A DNA stretch of 64,000 bases from Negaprion brevirostris (Eukaryota): the NCBI GenBank assembly GCA_030324005.1, contig JARDVH010000084.1:84647812-84711811 (forward strand). The letters run 5' to 3'. The notes beneath the pieces were generated by a model, which had not been told where the DNA came from, did no database searches, and saw nothing but the letters and a program-made list of their open reading frames with translations. Shown in pieces: positions 1 to 13,129 of this stretch. The position numbers were made by a program, and so were the translations under genes. Numbering within the stretch: position 1 is the stretch's first letter; the number at the start of each line of letters is the position of its first letter.

Positions 1-330
1 CGCTACCGATCACCCCACAAAATGCCAATATGCCCCCTGGGCATGGGCACTTTGTCCCTTGGGAGTGCCAGGGGCACAGGCTGGCACTGCCAGGGTACCC
101 ATGCCCAGGAACACCACTCCCCCACTGCCCAACCCTCTGGGGGCCCCGGTTGCCCCCCCTTCATACTTACCTGCCTTTCCACTGGTTTCCAACTTGGTTT
201 GACCAGCCAACTGTTCACCGGCTCTGGCAGATGAGCATGCATTCTCGGCACATGTGTAAATCCCAGTACAAGGCCAGCGACGCGCATCCCACTGTGATGC
301 CAGAAAAGTTGCAGGACACGATGGGAGAAG
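1..330. repeat. GC-rich low-complexity interspersed repeat (TGCCA/GGGCA-rich), family unknown
   Basis: Recurrent tgccagggg/ggcactgccc/catgccc motifs; ORFs open in many frames with no recognisable homology. Confidence 0.4.
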
Positions 331-1860
331 AGTGACGAATATTTCCAAATTTGCTGATGACATAATATGTGGTGAGGAAGTGGCTTCAAGGTAATTTAGA
401 CAAGATTAATGAGTGAGAAAATACATGGTAGTTGCAAAATTTTGTGGATTAATGTGGAGTATCCACTTTGAATTGAGAAACAGAGTTACAGAACATTATT
501 TAAATGGTGACAGATTGGGAAATGTTGATGTACAAGGAGACCTGGGTGTCCTAGTACACCAGTCACTAAAAGCAAACATCTACAAATGAATTAACGGTTA
601 TGCGGGCAAGAGGGGGATGATGACGTTTTCAGCAGGAAAGTAGTGTTAAGCCACAACTGGACGAGCTATGACCTTATTGAAGATAGAGCAGGGGCCGAAT
701 GGCCACTCCTGCTCCTATTTGTTTCTGCATTGTTGTAAGTGCGAAGTAGTTCATAAATGAGAGATTACATGGTGCTAGGGTACTATAACTATAAAGAAAA
801 TCGACACTGGTTTCAACAAGTTCACCAGAGACAGCGACTCTTCCGGATGTTGGATTGTTATTGGCCAGTTTTGAGTTAGATTATTATCAGTTGTTTTTAC
901 ATGTGGTTTGTGGTTTCACTGGGGTTTTCCAACTTTGGTAAAATGTAACCTTGAGAATGATCCTAAACACAGATATTAAAATGAACCAGAAATAGTATGT
1001 AGGCACATCAAATGATTAGGAAGACAAATGGAATGTTTTAGCTACAGTTGTATAGGACATTACTGGAAGCACATCTGGAGTACTGTGCACAGTTTGCTTC
1101 TCCTTACTTAAGAAAGGATATAAATGCATTCGAAGCAGTTCATTGGAGGTTCACACCACTGATTCTAGGAAGGTAGAAGCATAAAAAATAGCAAACTTAG
1201 ATAACTGAGGCAGGAATGGACCATTTGGCCCTTCAAACCTGTGCCACCATTCAATATGATCATGGCAGATCATGCACTTTCAGTGTCCCACTCCCGCTTT
1301 CTCTCCATAGCCCTTAATCCCTTAGCCACAAGGGCCACGTCCAGCTCCCTCCTGAACAAATCTAACANNNNNNNNNNNNNNNNNNNNNNNNNNNNNNNNN
1401 NNNNNNNNNNNNNNNNNNNNNNNNNNNNNNNNNNNNNNNNNNNNNNNNNNNNNNNNNNNNNNNNNNNNNNNNNNNNNNNNNNNNNNNNNNNNNNNNNNNN
1501 NNNNNNNNNNNNNNNNNNNNNNNNNNNNNNNNNNNNNNNNNNNNNNNNNNNNNNNNNNNNNNNNNNNNNNNNNNNNNNNNNNNNNNNNNNNNNNNNNNNN
1601 NNNNNNNNNNNNNNNNNNNNNNNNNNNNNNNNNNNNNNNNNNNNNNNNNNNNNNNNNNNNNNNNNNNNNNNNNNNNNNNNNNNNNNNNNNNNNTTTAAGG
1701 CAGAGGCAGATAGATTCTTGGCTAACAAGAGAGTCAAAGGTTATTTGGGGTAGGTGGGAATGTGGAGTCAGATCAGCCATGATCTTATTGAATGATGAAG
1801 CAGGATTAAGGGGCCAAATGACCCACATTTGATCCTAATTCATGTTTGTATTATAATCAG
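330..1860 (+). mobile_element. Cluster of CR1-like LINE fragments
   Basis: SKFADD-like codons (tccaaatttgctgatgac), RDLGV motif (gacctgggtgtc), ctggagtactgtgcacagttt, and CR1 3' tails in both orientations. Confidence 0.75.
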
Positions 1861-4399
1861 AAAGTTCTGGCTCTCTCCATCATCCCGTGACTCTTCCCAC
1901 ATCAGTTCTGGACTGAGCCCACATGAGATGTATATGAGCCTTCCAGTCCAATGACAATAATGCTGAACTTACATTTATAAGGTTACATTCAAACTCCCAA
2001 ATAGTGAATTACTTTTGATGGTTAACCACACAACCTTTTAGTCAAGCTACACAAATCTTTTTAGTGGTATTGAGTGGGTGAAGGGTGTTGACCAGGATAC
2101 AGATGTTAATTGTGTTTAATTGCAGGTGATGGACATAAACTGGGGATTCACTTATACCCTATAAATGGCGACAGACTGCAACTGTAGTTGTTTGTTTAGG
2201 AGCCCCCAATAATTGTGCAGTTGATTGGGACCGGTGGGGGGAGAGCACCAACAATTACATGGTTACATAAAAGGGAAGGGGGAGGGGAGGTGATTGCTGC
2301 AACCTTTGTTGTTGGGGAGGTGCTGGGGAGTGTTTTACCTCTGTGTTAAAGGGTCCCAGGAACCCTTTAAAGACAGCACCCTGATCACTGTGGAGCCAGC
2401 CTTGACAGTTCTATCAGTCCCAGAGCTGCCAAACTGCCACAGTAAACCGATTGTGGGGATGGACACCAATGTTAAACTGAGGCTGCTGATGGAGGCACGC
2501 CCTCCTGTCTGTTTGCCCATGGTCTGAACATAGTTAATATTCAGGCTCCTGCCTCATCACTAAACATGTCCTACAAGTCTGAAAATTGAGGCTGGGTGGA
2601 GAATAGTTCTTAAATTGTAAATAATTTGCCATTTTTTTTGTTATTCATTTATAGGATTTCGGCTGGCTAGATCAACATCCACTTCCCATCCTAATTATCC
2701 TTGAGATAGTGGGCCTTCTGGAACTGCTGCAGTCCAAGTGGTGTAAGTACACCGCTGTGCTGTTAGGGAGGGACTGCCAGGATTTTGGCCAGTGCCAGTG
2801 AAGGAATAGCAATATATTTCCAAGTCGGGATGGTGATTATCTTGGAGGGGAATCTCCAATTGAAGGAACTGGGGCAAGAGGGTTGAGTCTTTACCCATCC
2901 CAATGTAAAATTGCAGAGAGATCAGGGTGTGAAGGAACTGGCAGGAAGGCCATTGCACAAATTTTACACTCTCCTTAGCAAGCCTCTCTTTCACCTCCAT
3001 GCACCAGCAACCCCCCACTCCTTATGGTGATCCCCACTCACCATTGTCACTTCAACTTCATGTATTAAGGATAGAGCAGGAGTCCAGATCACTGTTTCAG
3101 ACAGTCTGGAGGCATTTAATCAACTTTTTAACCTTCCAAGAGCTGTCCCAAGTTACCAGTTTTAGTTCACACTGATGAAACCAAGAGAACTGGAATTGTT
3201 TGATTGTGTATGTTTTCTCAAGAGTGCGCCCAGTTGTAAGAGGTGGGAGGCTGGTTGTGTGGTCAACTACAGGCCTTTGGGGCTGGGCCCTTGTCTCATG
3301 ATTTCAGTCCAGGTTGTTGCCGAGAATCGCAAGGGGAATAAATTTATTAGCCCAGGATTCTGGCTCCTGATCACCACTCAGTGACCATTGCTATAGAGGA
3401 AACTTGTAGTTGTAGCAAGAGGGCAAAACTAGCTTTGAATGCCCTGTTAACTCAATTAATTTCCAGAAATATGAAGAAAGATTGGGACATTGTGATCAGG
3501 GGAACTCTTTCAAAGGCCTAGCACAAACATGATGGGTGAAGTGCTGTGGCCATTTCCAAGGAATTTGGAGGAGTCATGTTCTACCCACCTCTGGTGTTGA
3601 TTGGTCTCTGCTGGGTCAATTTGCTCAATCTCTCTGTTTAAAGAATCCCGGATCACTTCGGATTTTTGTTTCTGTCTGAGCCGAACGGCCAGGAATGTCT
3701 CTGATCTGGATTGAGGGAGACCCGGAGTGAGAGGACAGAGTGGATCCAGTTTATGAATGAAGTCACCATGAAACCCTGCATTGTCTGCAGATTTCAGAGA
3801 CCAGTCCCAGGACATGTGCCGAGTGGTTAAGAAAATGGATTTGATGTTCATTTGGGGTTTCAAATCCTGCTCATTATGTTTCTTTCCTTAGTTTTAAAAG
3901 TTGACCTAGTATCTTTGGTCTAAGTCACATCGTATGTGGAAAATTTTCCCAGGACATCTATGCTGTTGTCAGAGTTCAGGGAAAGATTCTTCAGTAGCTG
4001 GTCCTGTTGGGCTGTTTCTGATCATTCCTGAGCTCTGCTCCCAGTAACCTTCCCTCGGGTCCTCTATAATTTTGTAGTGATGTTTGAATCAAGAAGCCCT
4101 CACACCAAATCGCTACCAACTTGTAGGAAATCTCATTTGTGAGTTGTGCAGGAAGCATTTGTTCAGATGTTGCATTTTATCTGATAGCCTCATTAAGAAA
4201 GTTAAGTATACTTCAACATATTTATTTAGTAGACTTTATTAAATATACGCAAATGCACAGTGTAAAGTCTAAGCAAGGAGCTGTCTCCATGCTTACTTCT
4301 ACACACATCTCTGTCCAGGACAATACTGACCTCCACATGCAGGTCATGTGTTTCTGTACATTATAATATGGATGGTATTGTAATCAGTCCCCTGTTAAT

Positions 4400-5810
4400 A
4401 ACCCTTTCTCTGCCAGATCCTCATGATTAAAAAGTCCAATGCAAGATTGGCACAGACATCCGTAGAATTAGCAGTTCATGTTGTGTTGTATTGGTGCTTG
4501 GAGGAACGTCAGCAGCTGCTCCACCTCTGGCCTTCCTCTGGGCATGTTGGATGTTGCAAGTTTAGCATAGATGATTCTCAAAGCATGCTGAACCAAATTT
4601 CAGTGCTTCTCATTATATAATCAGCTGCAGTATTTTCCAGACAGAGGTGGTCTACAATGCAGGCACTTGTAAAATTCTTGGGGTGTCCTTATATCATTTA
4701 CACTGGCTACAGCTAAACATTGTTTGCACTAAGACAGTTCCATCAGAAGATCTGCATGTAGTCATCCATGTGGGAGACATGGTCTGCTAACTCAAGCTGA
4801 ATGTCTCTCGTAGTTTCCTCAAACATTGCAGCAAGCACCAGATTGATGGATGGTGAGACATAACACATCTTGGTTACCACAAAGGCAATAGGTCGACTTC
4901 TGCTGCCATTTCATATATTTGTATGTACATATCTCGCCACAGACATAAGTATGTTATTCATGCAGTAAGCATTGGATTTTGGTGAACCTATTTAGGCATC
5001 CTAGCTTGGACAGGAAGAGCCCTCAATCGGGTTATCTCTTATCAGGACAAGAGGACTGTTATCAGCAAATAGATCTTGATGTTGTTGTCTGGACTTCTTT
5101 CTTGCTGTCATGTAATAAACACCACATCAGTTGTCCCATGGTTAGCCCTAAAACCATACTCTGATTCTGGGAGGACATCATCTTCAAGGCTGTCCAGTAG
5201 ACAGTTTAATAGGATCCCCTGTGATTGAGAGAGGACTTATTCTTCGGTACTTACTACATACATTCTTTTTTTCATCTTTTCAGTTTCCAGATGCTGACTA
5301 TATTGGCATCCTTGAAGTCCTGTGGAACATGTTCCTGATCCCTGAAATTCTTGACGAGAGTTGTAAGTTTATTGACAGTCTCTTTTATTATTACACTTCT
5401 AAATCTCTGCTGGGGTCAGGGTTCTTGAGCAGGTTGACATTTAGCTTTGGCTGCATCTGGCAAATTAATTTGCAAAGTCTTGTCCAAATCCTCAAACTCT
5501 GCCTGACCCACTGAGCTGTGGTTTGTCCAGCAGACAGCTCATTGTATGGCACGAGCTGTGAGTGCAAAGTCATGGAGATGTCAGGGTTTAGGATGTGGGT
5601 GTTGCCAAATTATTTTGTATTTTGCTTTCAAATGGAACATGTGTTTATGGTAAGATTGTGCTTGGCACACAATGAGATTAGAATCCATTTGAGTTTCCTT
5701 CTTGACTCAATTTCCAACTGAGACATTGAAATAGTCCATAAGGATCATATTGTCTTTACAGTTAAATCATAGATGGTCCAGATCATGATGGAAATTTTCC
5801 TTGACCTTGA
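4400..5810 (-). mobile_element. Decayed RTE-clade LINE
   Basis: Reverse strand at ~5240-5335 reads EHVPQDFKDANIV...YRRISPLS, the RTE PQDFKDA.IV...YRGISLLS motif. Confidence 0.65.
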
Positions 5811-7600
5811 CATATGCCAGGGAACTACAGACTAGTGAGTCTCACGTCTGTGGTTGGGAAACCACTGGAGAAGATTCTGAAGAAGAGAATCTATTTCCAT
5901 TTGGAGAGGCAAGATTTGATTAGGGATAGTCAGCATGGTTTTATCAGAGGCAGGTCATGCCTAACGAATTTAATTGAATTTTTTGAGCATGTAACCAAGT
6001 GTGCAGTTGAGGGTAGTGCGGTTGATGTATTTTACATGGATTTCAGCAAAACCTTTGACAAAGTCACATATGGGAGACTTATTAAGAAGGCAAATGCACA
6101 TTGGATACAGGGTGATCTGACAAGGTGGATTCATAATTGGCTTACCCGTAGGAGACAGAGGACAATGACAGACAGCTACTTTAGTGACTGGAGGCCAGTG
6201 ACCAGTGGCATACCACAGGGATCCGTGCTGGGCCCCCTATTGTTCATCATTTATATAAATGTCATAGATGACTATGTAGGGCGTAGGATTAGTAAGTTTG
6301 AGGATGACAAGGTTGGACGGTGGTTAACAGTGAGGTTGAGTGTCTTGGGTTATTGGAAAATATAGATAAGATGGTCAAATGGGCAGAAAAATGTGAGCTG
6401 ATACACTTTGGAAGGAGTAATTTGATAAGGAAGTATGCTATGAAAAGGTTGTCACTGGGAAGTTCTGAAGGACAAAGAGACTTTGGTATGATTGTCCATA
6501 GATCTCTGAAGGGGTGGCACGGTGGCACAGTGGTTAGCTTTGCTGCCTTACAGTCCCTAGGACCTGGGCTTGATTCCTGGCTTGGGTCACTGTCTGTCTG
6601 GAATTTGCACAATCTCCTTGTGTCTGTGTGGGTTTCCTCCAGGTGCTCTGGTTTCCTCCCACAATCCAAAGATGTGCAGGTTAGGCGGATTGGCAATGCT
6701 AAATTGCGCCTTGGTGTCAGCGGACTGGCAGGGTAAATGCATGGGGTTATGGGGATAGGGTTTGGGTGGGATTGTGGTCGGTGCAGACTCGTTGGGCCGA
6801 ATGGCCTCCTTCTGCACTGTAGGATCCTATGGATTTTATGAAGGTGGAAAGGCAGGTTCATGGGGTGGTGAAAAAGGCACAGGCCTTTATCAACCGGGGT
6901 ATAGATTACAAAATCAGAGAGGTCATGATGGATTTGTGTAGAATTTTGGTGAGACCACAGCTAGAGTACTGTGTGAGATCTGGTTGCCACATTATGGGAA
7001 GGATGTGATTGCACTGGAAGGGGTGCAGAGGAGAGTCACCAGGATGTTGCCTGGGATGGAACATTTAAGTTATAAAGAGAGGTTGGATAGGCTTGGGTTG
7101 TTTTCTCTGGGATAGAGAAGACTGAGGGGAGACCTAATTGAGGTGTACAAGATCATGAGAGGCATGGACAGGGTGGATAGGGAGCAGCTGTTCCCCTTAG
7201 TTGAAGGGTCAGATATGAGAGGACATAAGTTAAAAGTGAGGAATGGGAGGATTGAGTTTTATGAGGAAGTGACAAAGATAATTGATGAGGGAAGGGCTGT
7301 AGATGTTGTTTATATGGACTGGTACAAAAATTAAAATCACATGGGATTCAGAGTAGGCTGGCTAGATGTATAAGAACTGGCTTGGTCATAAAAGACAGAG
7401 AATAGTGGTGTTTTTCAAATTGGAGATCTGTAGCTAGTGGTGTTCCACAGGGACCAGTGCTGGGACCTCTGTTGTTTGTAGTATATATAGATGGTCTGAA
7501 AGAAAACATGGGTGATCTGATTAGTAAGTTTACAGATGACATGATGATTGGTGGAGTTGCCAATCAGAGGATACAACAGGATATAGATAGATTGGAACAC
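5811..7600 (+). mobile_element. CR1 LINE ORF2 reverse-transcriptase fragments (two copies joined), interrupted by a SINE
   Basis: ORF 5814-6365: PGNYRLVSLTSVVGK, SQHGFIRGRSCLTNL, YMDFSKTFDKV, SGIPQGSVLGPLLF. A second RT segment restarts at ~7250. Confidence 0.92.
6512..6838 (+). mobile_element. Full-length HE1-like tRNA-derived SINE
   Basis: A box (ggtggcacagtggttagc), B-box-like (ggcttgattcc), core tgtgtctgtgtgggtttcctcc, LINE-derived tail ggccgaatggcctccttctgcactgtaggatcctatg; tgaagg on both sides is a possible TSD. Confidence 0.85.
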
Positions 7601-7654
7601 AAACAGAAAATGCTTGAAAAATCTCAGCAGGTCTGAGAGCATCTTCTGGTCTAT

Positions 7655-7930
7655 TGCATTCTCTGCTCCAATGTGGTCTGCTCTACATCGGAGAGACTAA
7701 ACGCAGACTGGATAATCACTTTGCTGTACACCTTGGGTCCATCCGCAACCTTCTTGTCGCTTGCCATTTCAACACCACCCTGCTCTCCTGTTCACATGTC
7801 CATCCTTAGCCTTTTGCAATGTTCTAGCAAACCCCAATGTAAACTTGAGAAGCAGAACCTCATCTTCCCATTGGGCACTTTACAGCCTTCTGAGCTGAAC
7901 ATTGAGTTCAACAACTTCAGAGCATGAACC
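7655..7930 (+). mobile_element. Penelope-like element, GIY-YIG endonuclease C-terminal fragment
   Basis: Reads C..CGLLYIGETKRRL, then ...LEKQNLIFPLGTLQPSELNIEFNNF. A related minus-strand fragment lies at ~23260-23450. Confidence 0.75.
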
Positions 7931-8139
7931 CTCTCCCCTNNNNNNNNNNNNNNNNNNNNNNNNNNNNNNNNNNNNNNNNNNNNNNNNNNNNNNNNNNNNN
8001 NNNNNNNNNNNNNNNNNNNNNNNNNNNNNNNNNNNNNNNNNNNNNNNNNNNNNNNNNNNNNNNNNNNNNNNNNNNNNNNNNNNNNNNNNNNNNNNNNNNN
8101 NNNNNNNNNNNNNNNNNNNNNNNNNNNNNNNNNNNNAAC

Positions 8140-8420
8140 CCAGGCAAGTCACAGGGGTTACAGATAGTGCGACATGAACCCAAGATCCCTGTTGAGACCG
8201 TCCTCATGTGTGCAGAACTTGGCCATTTTAAGACTTGAACAGCAGGTTAGGTGTAAAGATTCGTATTCTGATCAGTAATCTGTAAATTTTGTGTGCTGTT
8301 ATACGCTCTAAGGCCAGAACTCTCCATTCACCTGACGAAGAGTTTAACCTCGATAGCTTGTGAGTTTACTATCAAATAAATCGGTTGGACTTAAACCTGG
8401 TGTTGTCAGACTTCTTACTG
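8140..8420 (+). mobile_element. Penelope-type terminal repeat with hammerhead-like motif
   Basis: tcacCTGACGAagagtttaacctcGATAgcttgtga followed by aaataaa..ttggacttaaacctggtgttg; the same block recurs at ~16134, ~24690, ~26697 and ~40490-40670. Confidence 0.65.
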
Positions 8421-8439
8421 TATTTTGCTTTTATCATTG

Positions 8440-9240
8440 ATAGATTGAAGAATTGGGCACAGAAATAGCAGATGGAGTTTAATCTAGACAAATGCCAGGT
8501 GATGCATTTTGGAGGATCCAATTTGGGTGTGAATTATACTGTAAATGGCAGAATTCTTAGGAACATTAACAGAAGGATCTGGGCATGCAGGTCCACAGTT
8601 CCCTAAAAGTGGCAACACAGGTTAGCCAAAGTGATTAAGATGGCATACGACATGCTTGCCTTCATCAGTCGGGGCATTGAGCACAGGAGTTGGGAAATCA
8701 CGTTGCAGCTATATAAGGTGTTGATTATCCCACATTTGGAGTCTTGTGTGCAGTTCTGGTCATCACACTACCAGAAGGACATGCAAGCTTTGGAGGGAGT
8801 GCAAAGAAGTTTACCAGCATGTTGCCTGGTCTTGATGGTATTGACTATGAAGAGAGGTTAAATAAACTAGGATTATTTTCACTGGAAAGATGGAGGTTGA
8901 GGGGACACCTAAAAGAGGTATACAAAATTATGAGAGGCAAAAACAGGTTGGATAAGTCAGAGGCTTTATTCCGGAGTGGAAGTGTTAATTACAAGGTGAG
9001 AGGGGGATAGTTTAAGGAAGATGTGCAGGGAAGTTCTCCACGCAGAACATGATGGGTGAGTGGAATGTGCTGCCAGAGGAGGTGGTGGAAACAGACACAC
9101 TGACAACATTTAAGAGGCATCTGGATGAGTACATGAATAGGATAGGGACCAAGTAAGGGCAGTTTAGTTCAGACATCATGATCAGCACAGGCTTGGACAG
9201 CTGAAGGGCTGCTCCTGTGCTGTACTTTTCTTTGACCTTT
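8440..9240 (+). mobile_element. CR1 LINE 3' half
   Basis: QLYKVLIIPHLESCVQFWS and YEERLNKLGLFSLERWRLRGHLKEVYKIM motifs plus a 3' tail. Confidence 0.88.
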
Positions 9241-9300
9241 GAAAATGCCTTGGAATACTTTCTTATGTAAAAGGTACTTTACAAATACAAGTTGTGCTTG

Positions 9301-9545
9301 TTACATAAGAACATAAGAACATAAGAAATAGGAGCAGGAGTAGGCCATCCAGCCCTTCGAGCCTGCCCCGCCATTCNNNNNNNNNNNNNNNNNNNNNNNN
9401 NNNNNNNNNNNNNNNNNNNNNNNNNNNNNNNNNNNNNNNNNNNNNNNNNNNNNNNNNNNNNNNNNNNNNNNNNNNNTAAGATCATGGCTGATCTGTCGTG
9501 GCTCAGTTCCACACTCCCGCCCTCTCCCCATAACCCTTAATCCCC
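9301..9545 (-). mobile_element. Young CR1 3' tails flanking an N gap
   Basis: (CATAAGAA)3 tail plus a tail body identical to 62481-62553 in reverse. Confidence 0.8.
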
Positions 9546-11439
9546 TCGCCTGTTGTTGTATACTAAATAAATATAACTGTGAAGTGTAGGACAAAATGAC
9601 TTCCCATAATGCTGCCTTCAACCAGGCCCAGGATTTATATGACAGTGAATCCATCCAGCCAGTTGGTGAAGGATAGAATTGAAGCCTAATTATTGTACAC
9701 GTAAAAGCTTTTATTTACAGCAACACAATATACATAGTGTACCCATCTGCAATACCAACAACCACATTCAGTCTGCTGCTATATATAAAACTATGTATTT
9801 ACAGAACTATATATTACAGACATATGTCTCCTACCTGCTCCAAATAGAAGCACCAGTTCATCCCTAGTTAATAGCCACAGAATCTTTAAAGTGCAGGTGA
9901 AGGCCATTTTGCCCACTAAGTCATCACTGGTTCTGTCAAAAAGCATTGGAGCTCGTCCCACTCCCCTGTTTTATCCCCGTAACCTTAAACAGCTTTTTCA
10001 GATAGCAATCCAACTCCCTGTTGAATACGTCAAACAAATCTGCCTTCATCATCCTTTCAGGATGTTCATTCCAGACTCCAACAACCCTGTGTGAAAAGAA
10101 TTTTCTTCATCACTTTTACTCTCTTTGCTAATTATTTTGAATCTGTGCCTCTAGCTTTTGTTGTTCCTTTTTACTATCTATCCTGTCCATACTGTTCAGA
10201 ATCTTGACTGCCTCTATCAAGTTTCCTCTCAGTCCCCTGACAAACAGACCAAGCCTCGCCAATCCACCCTCACATTTCCTGTTCCTTATCCAAACCCAGC
10301 ACCTGAATTGAATGAAGTTAACCAGTTAATATACAATTGACAATCCTTGTGATAACAGCACACTGAGTCCATTCAGATTTGGATTAACAGTTATTAACGG
10401 TTACATTTTACTATCATATAAGGTACAGCCCAGGATCCATGAATTAAAACTAGCTTCGGCACAGTCATTTTCACTTTGGGTTTCCGTTCTAATCCTCCTG
10501 AATCAGTCTTTACCCAGTGCCATCCTCATCTGCTCTCAGTGTCTCAGTTTCTATCTTGTTCCCATGTTACTGAAATATCACTCTATAATTGACATGTGGT
10601 TTAACATTAATAAACCAACCAGAAATTTAGATTTCCTCCATCAGCTATTTCTGGGTGAAATAGCAGCCTGCTTGGAATTTCTCTGAATGATTCTTGAATT
10701 GTTTTATTTGAGAAAGATTAGCAATGGAATGAAGACTTCTGGAGGTGAAGAGGTATCTGTTTACTTGTATTGAATTAAACAGTCTCTGTTGGTGTTTCCA
10801 GTCCCTCCTGCTCTCCCTCATATCTATTCAATACTCCTGGCTGAAAGACCTGCCATTGGTTCGGTTTAATTGTACAACATTCATCAGAAAGCTATTTGTT
10901 TGTGCAACAGCTCTATGGGGAGTGCTTCCTGCACAATTTAGCGAAGTCTGCAGTAGACATTTAGAACCCATGCATAGATTAAAATAAAGTTCTGTACTCT
11001 ACGTGTGCTGGATGTTAGGTTAGTTGGCATGGCGGGTGATGGGGGGTGGGGGCAGGGGAGACAGAAAGTTTGGGGGCATGAGTTGTCACTAAAGTGGCAT
11101 TGGGGTTTTAAAAGATCATGGGGTGGAGGGGCAATGGTTGTCACAGAGGTATATGGGGCCATAGGGAGTGAGTGGGATGCATAAGGTCCATGTTTGGATA
11201 TGGAGCACATAAGAACATCCTAATTAGGGACACTGGACCCCTTGAGCCTGCTCTGCCATTTATTCAGATCATGGCTGATCTGACTATTACCTCAACCCCA
11301 CATTGCTCTCCACCCCCGATAACCTTTCACCTCGTCAGAAGTGTGAAGTCAGATGACAAATTGATTGTCAGATTTTTGGAGAAAAATCAAGAAATACAAA
11401 GTACTTTGAATAAAATATTTCAGAATAATCTATTATATT

Positions 11440-12070
11440 TGATTTGATTTATTATTGTCACATGCATTAACATATAGTGAAAAGTATGGTTTCTTTGCAC
11501 GCTATACAGACAAAACATATTGTCCATTATATAGTGTTACAGTCAAAGCCAGGGTGTAGAGAAAGATCAACTTAATGCAAGGTAGGTCCATTCAAAAGTT
11601 TGACAGCAGCAGGGAAGAAGCTGTTCTNNNNNNNNNNNNNNNNNNNNNNNNNNNNNNNNNNNNNNNNNNNNNNNNNNNNNNNNNNNNNNNNNNNNNNNNN
11701 NNNNNNNNNNNNNNNNNNNNNNNNNNNNNNNNNNNNNNNNNNNNNNNNNNNNNNNNNNNNNNNNNNNNNNNNNNNNNNNNNNNNNNNNNNNNNNNNNNNN
11801 NNNNNNNNNNNNNNNNNNNNNNNNNNNNNNNNNNNNNNNNNNNNNNNNNNNNNNNNNNNNNNNNNNNNNNNNNNNNNNNNNNNNNNNNNNNNNNNNNNNN
11901 NNNNGTTGGTGAGAGTCATAGCTGACATGCCAAATTTCCTTAGTCTTCTGAGAAAGTAGGGGCATTGGTGAGCTTTCTTAACTGTAGTGTCAGGTTGATG
12001 GTGATCTTGACACCAAAAACCTTGAAGCCCTTGAGCCTTTCTACTTTGTCCCCATTGATGTAGATAGGTG
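11440..12070 (-). mobile_element. Rex1/Babar-like LINE 3' end
   Basis: NSFFPAAVKLLN ORF terminus and (ATCAA/ATAA) tail; same family at 53680-54020. Confidence 0.7.
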
Positions 12071-13129
12071 TGCTTGTGTGATTGAACATCTGACTAACAT
12101 CCAACCGAGCTACCTGGGCTGTGAAACACTAAGTCTTAACAAACTAATGGAAAATAGTATTTAAATAAATGGACAGGCTCTCTGTCATCCGCTTCTCCCC
12201 TCCTTCCTCTCAAATCATCGAACCGTGAGATAAGATTCGAGGCAGAATCTTCCAAGAATTTAGCAGAGTATCAGCTTTGGTGACAGAACCAGCAAGAAAC
12301 TCTCCACCTTCTCTGGCCAGTTTTCTCTCCAGGTCTTGTCAATTTAACTGTCAAAATATAGCATGGGTGGTTTACACCATCACTCTGGTGAGGCAGGACT
12401 CTTAAAGAGTTCATAATATTGTGAAGATTATGTTAAGAGTATTTACGTTCAATGAAGCATTACAGCCAACAAACTGAATAAGCTGTCAGTCTATGGACCG
12501 ATTTAGATCTGAATCGCCAGCCAAGGGATAAATGACTGGTGTTCATCAAACCCACTCCATCTCGACATTAAATAATTAATCATCCAGCAATTAACTGAGA
12601 AATTACCAGACCCCCTTCAGCTACCTGCATGAGTGATGGGTTGGGAAATTCAGAGTGAGCTCATTAATAGATTCATATCAATGAAAGTATGCCAGATGCA
12701 ATTACATCAGCTTCATCGCACCAAGTTTGTAACTGTGAATGGGTGGAAATCCGTCTCGGAGAGGTGTATAGAATGGACAATAGTGAATGAGCAGCTTGTT
12801 TTAGATATTACCACATTTCTTTTTCCATTCAGCTTTGTGAATCAGTGAATGAGGGACGAAATAAACAAACCACTGCTGGTTTAACACAACAGCCGAAGGC
12901 CAAATTTTATCGCAGTGAATGCTGAGCATGATAAAGACTCAGGCGCTGCAATATCATCTCAATATGCAGCATCTTCCTGCAGTTTGTTCACACAGAATTG
13001 CATTTGACATATAACCGCCCAATCTCTATTCTACCCTCACCCTACCAGTCCTCCCCCAACATTATCCTCTTACAATATACCTACACCCTTGCTTTGAGAG
13101 CAGTAATATATCTGAGACAGTAGAAGAAG

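Noticed and set aside
1241-1828. ORFs spanning N runs (also 7880-8238, 11567-11965, 43714-44122)
   Set aside because: Artefacts of translating assembly gaps.
6512-6590. tRNA gene
   Set aside because: The A/B boxes belong to the tRNA-derived SINE head; there is no cloverleaf.
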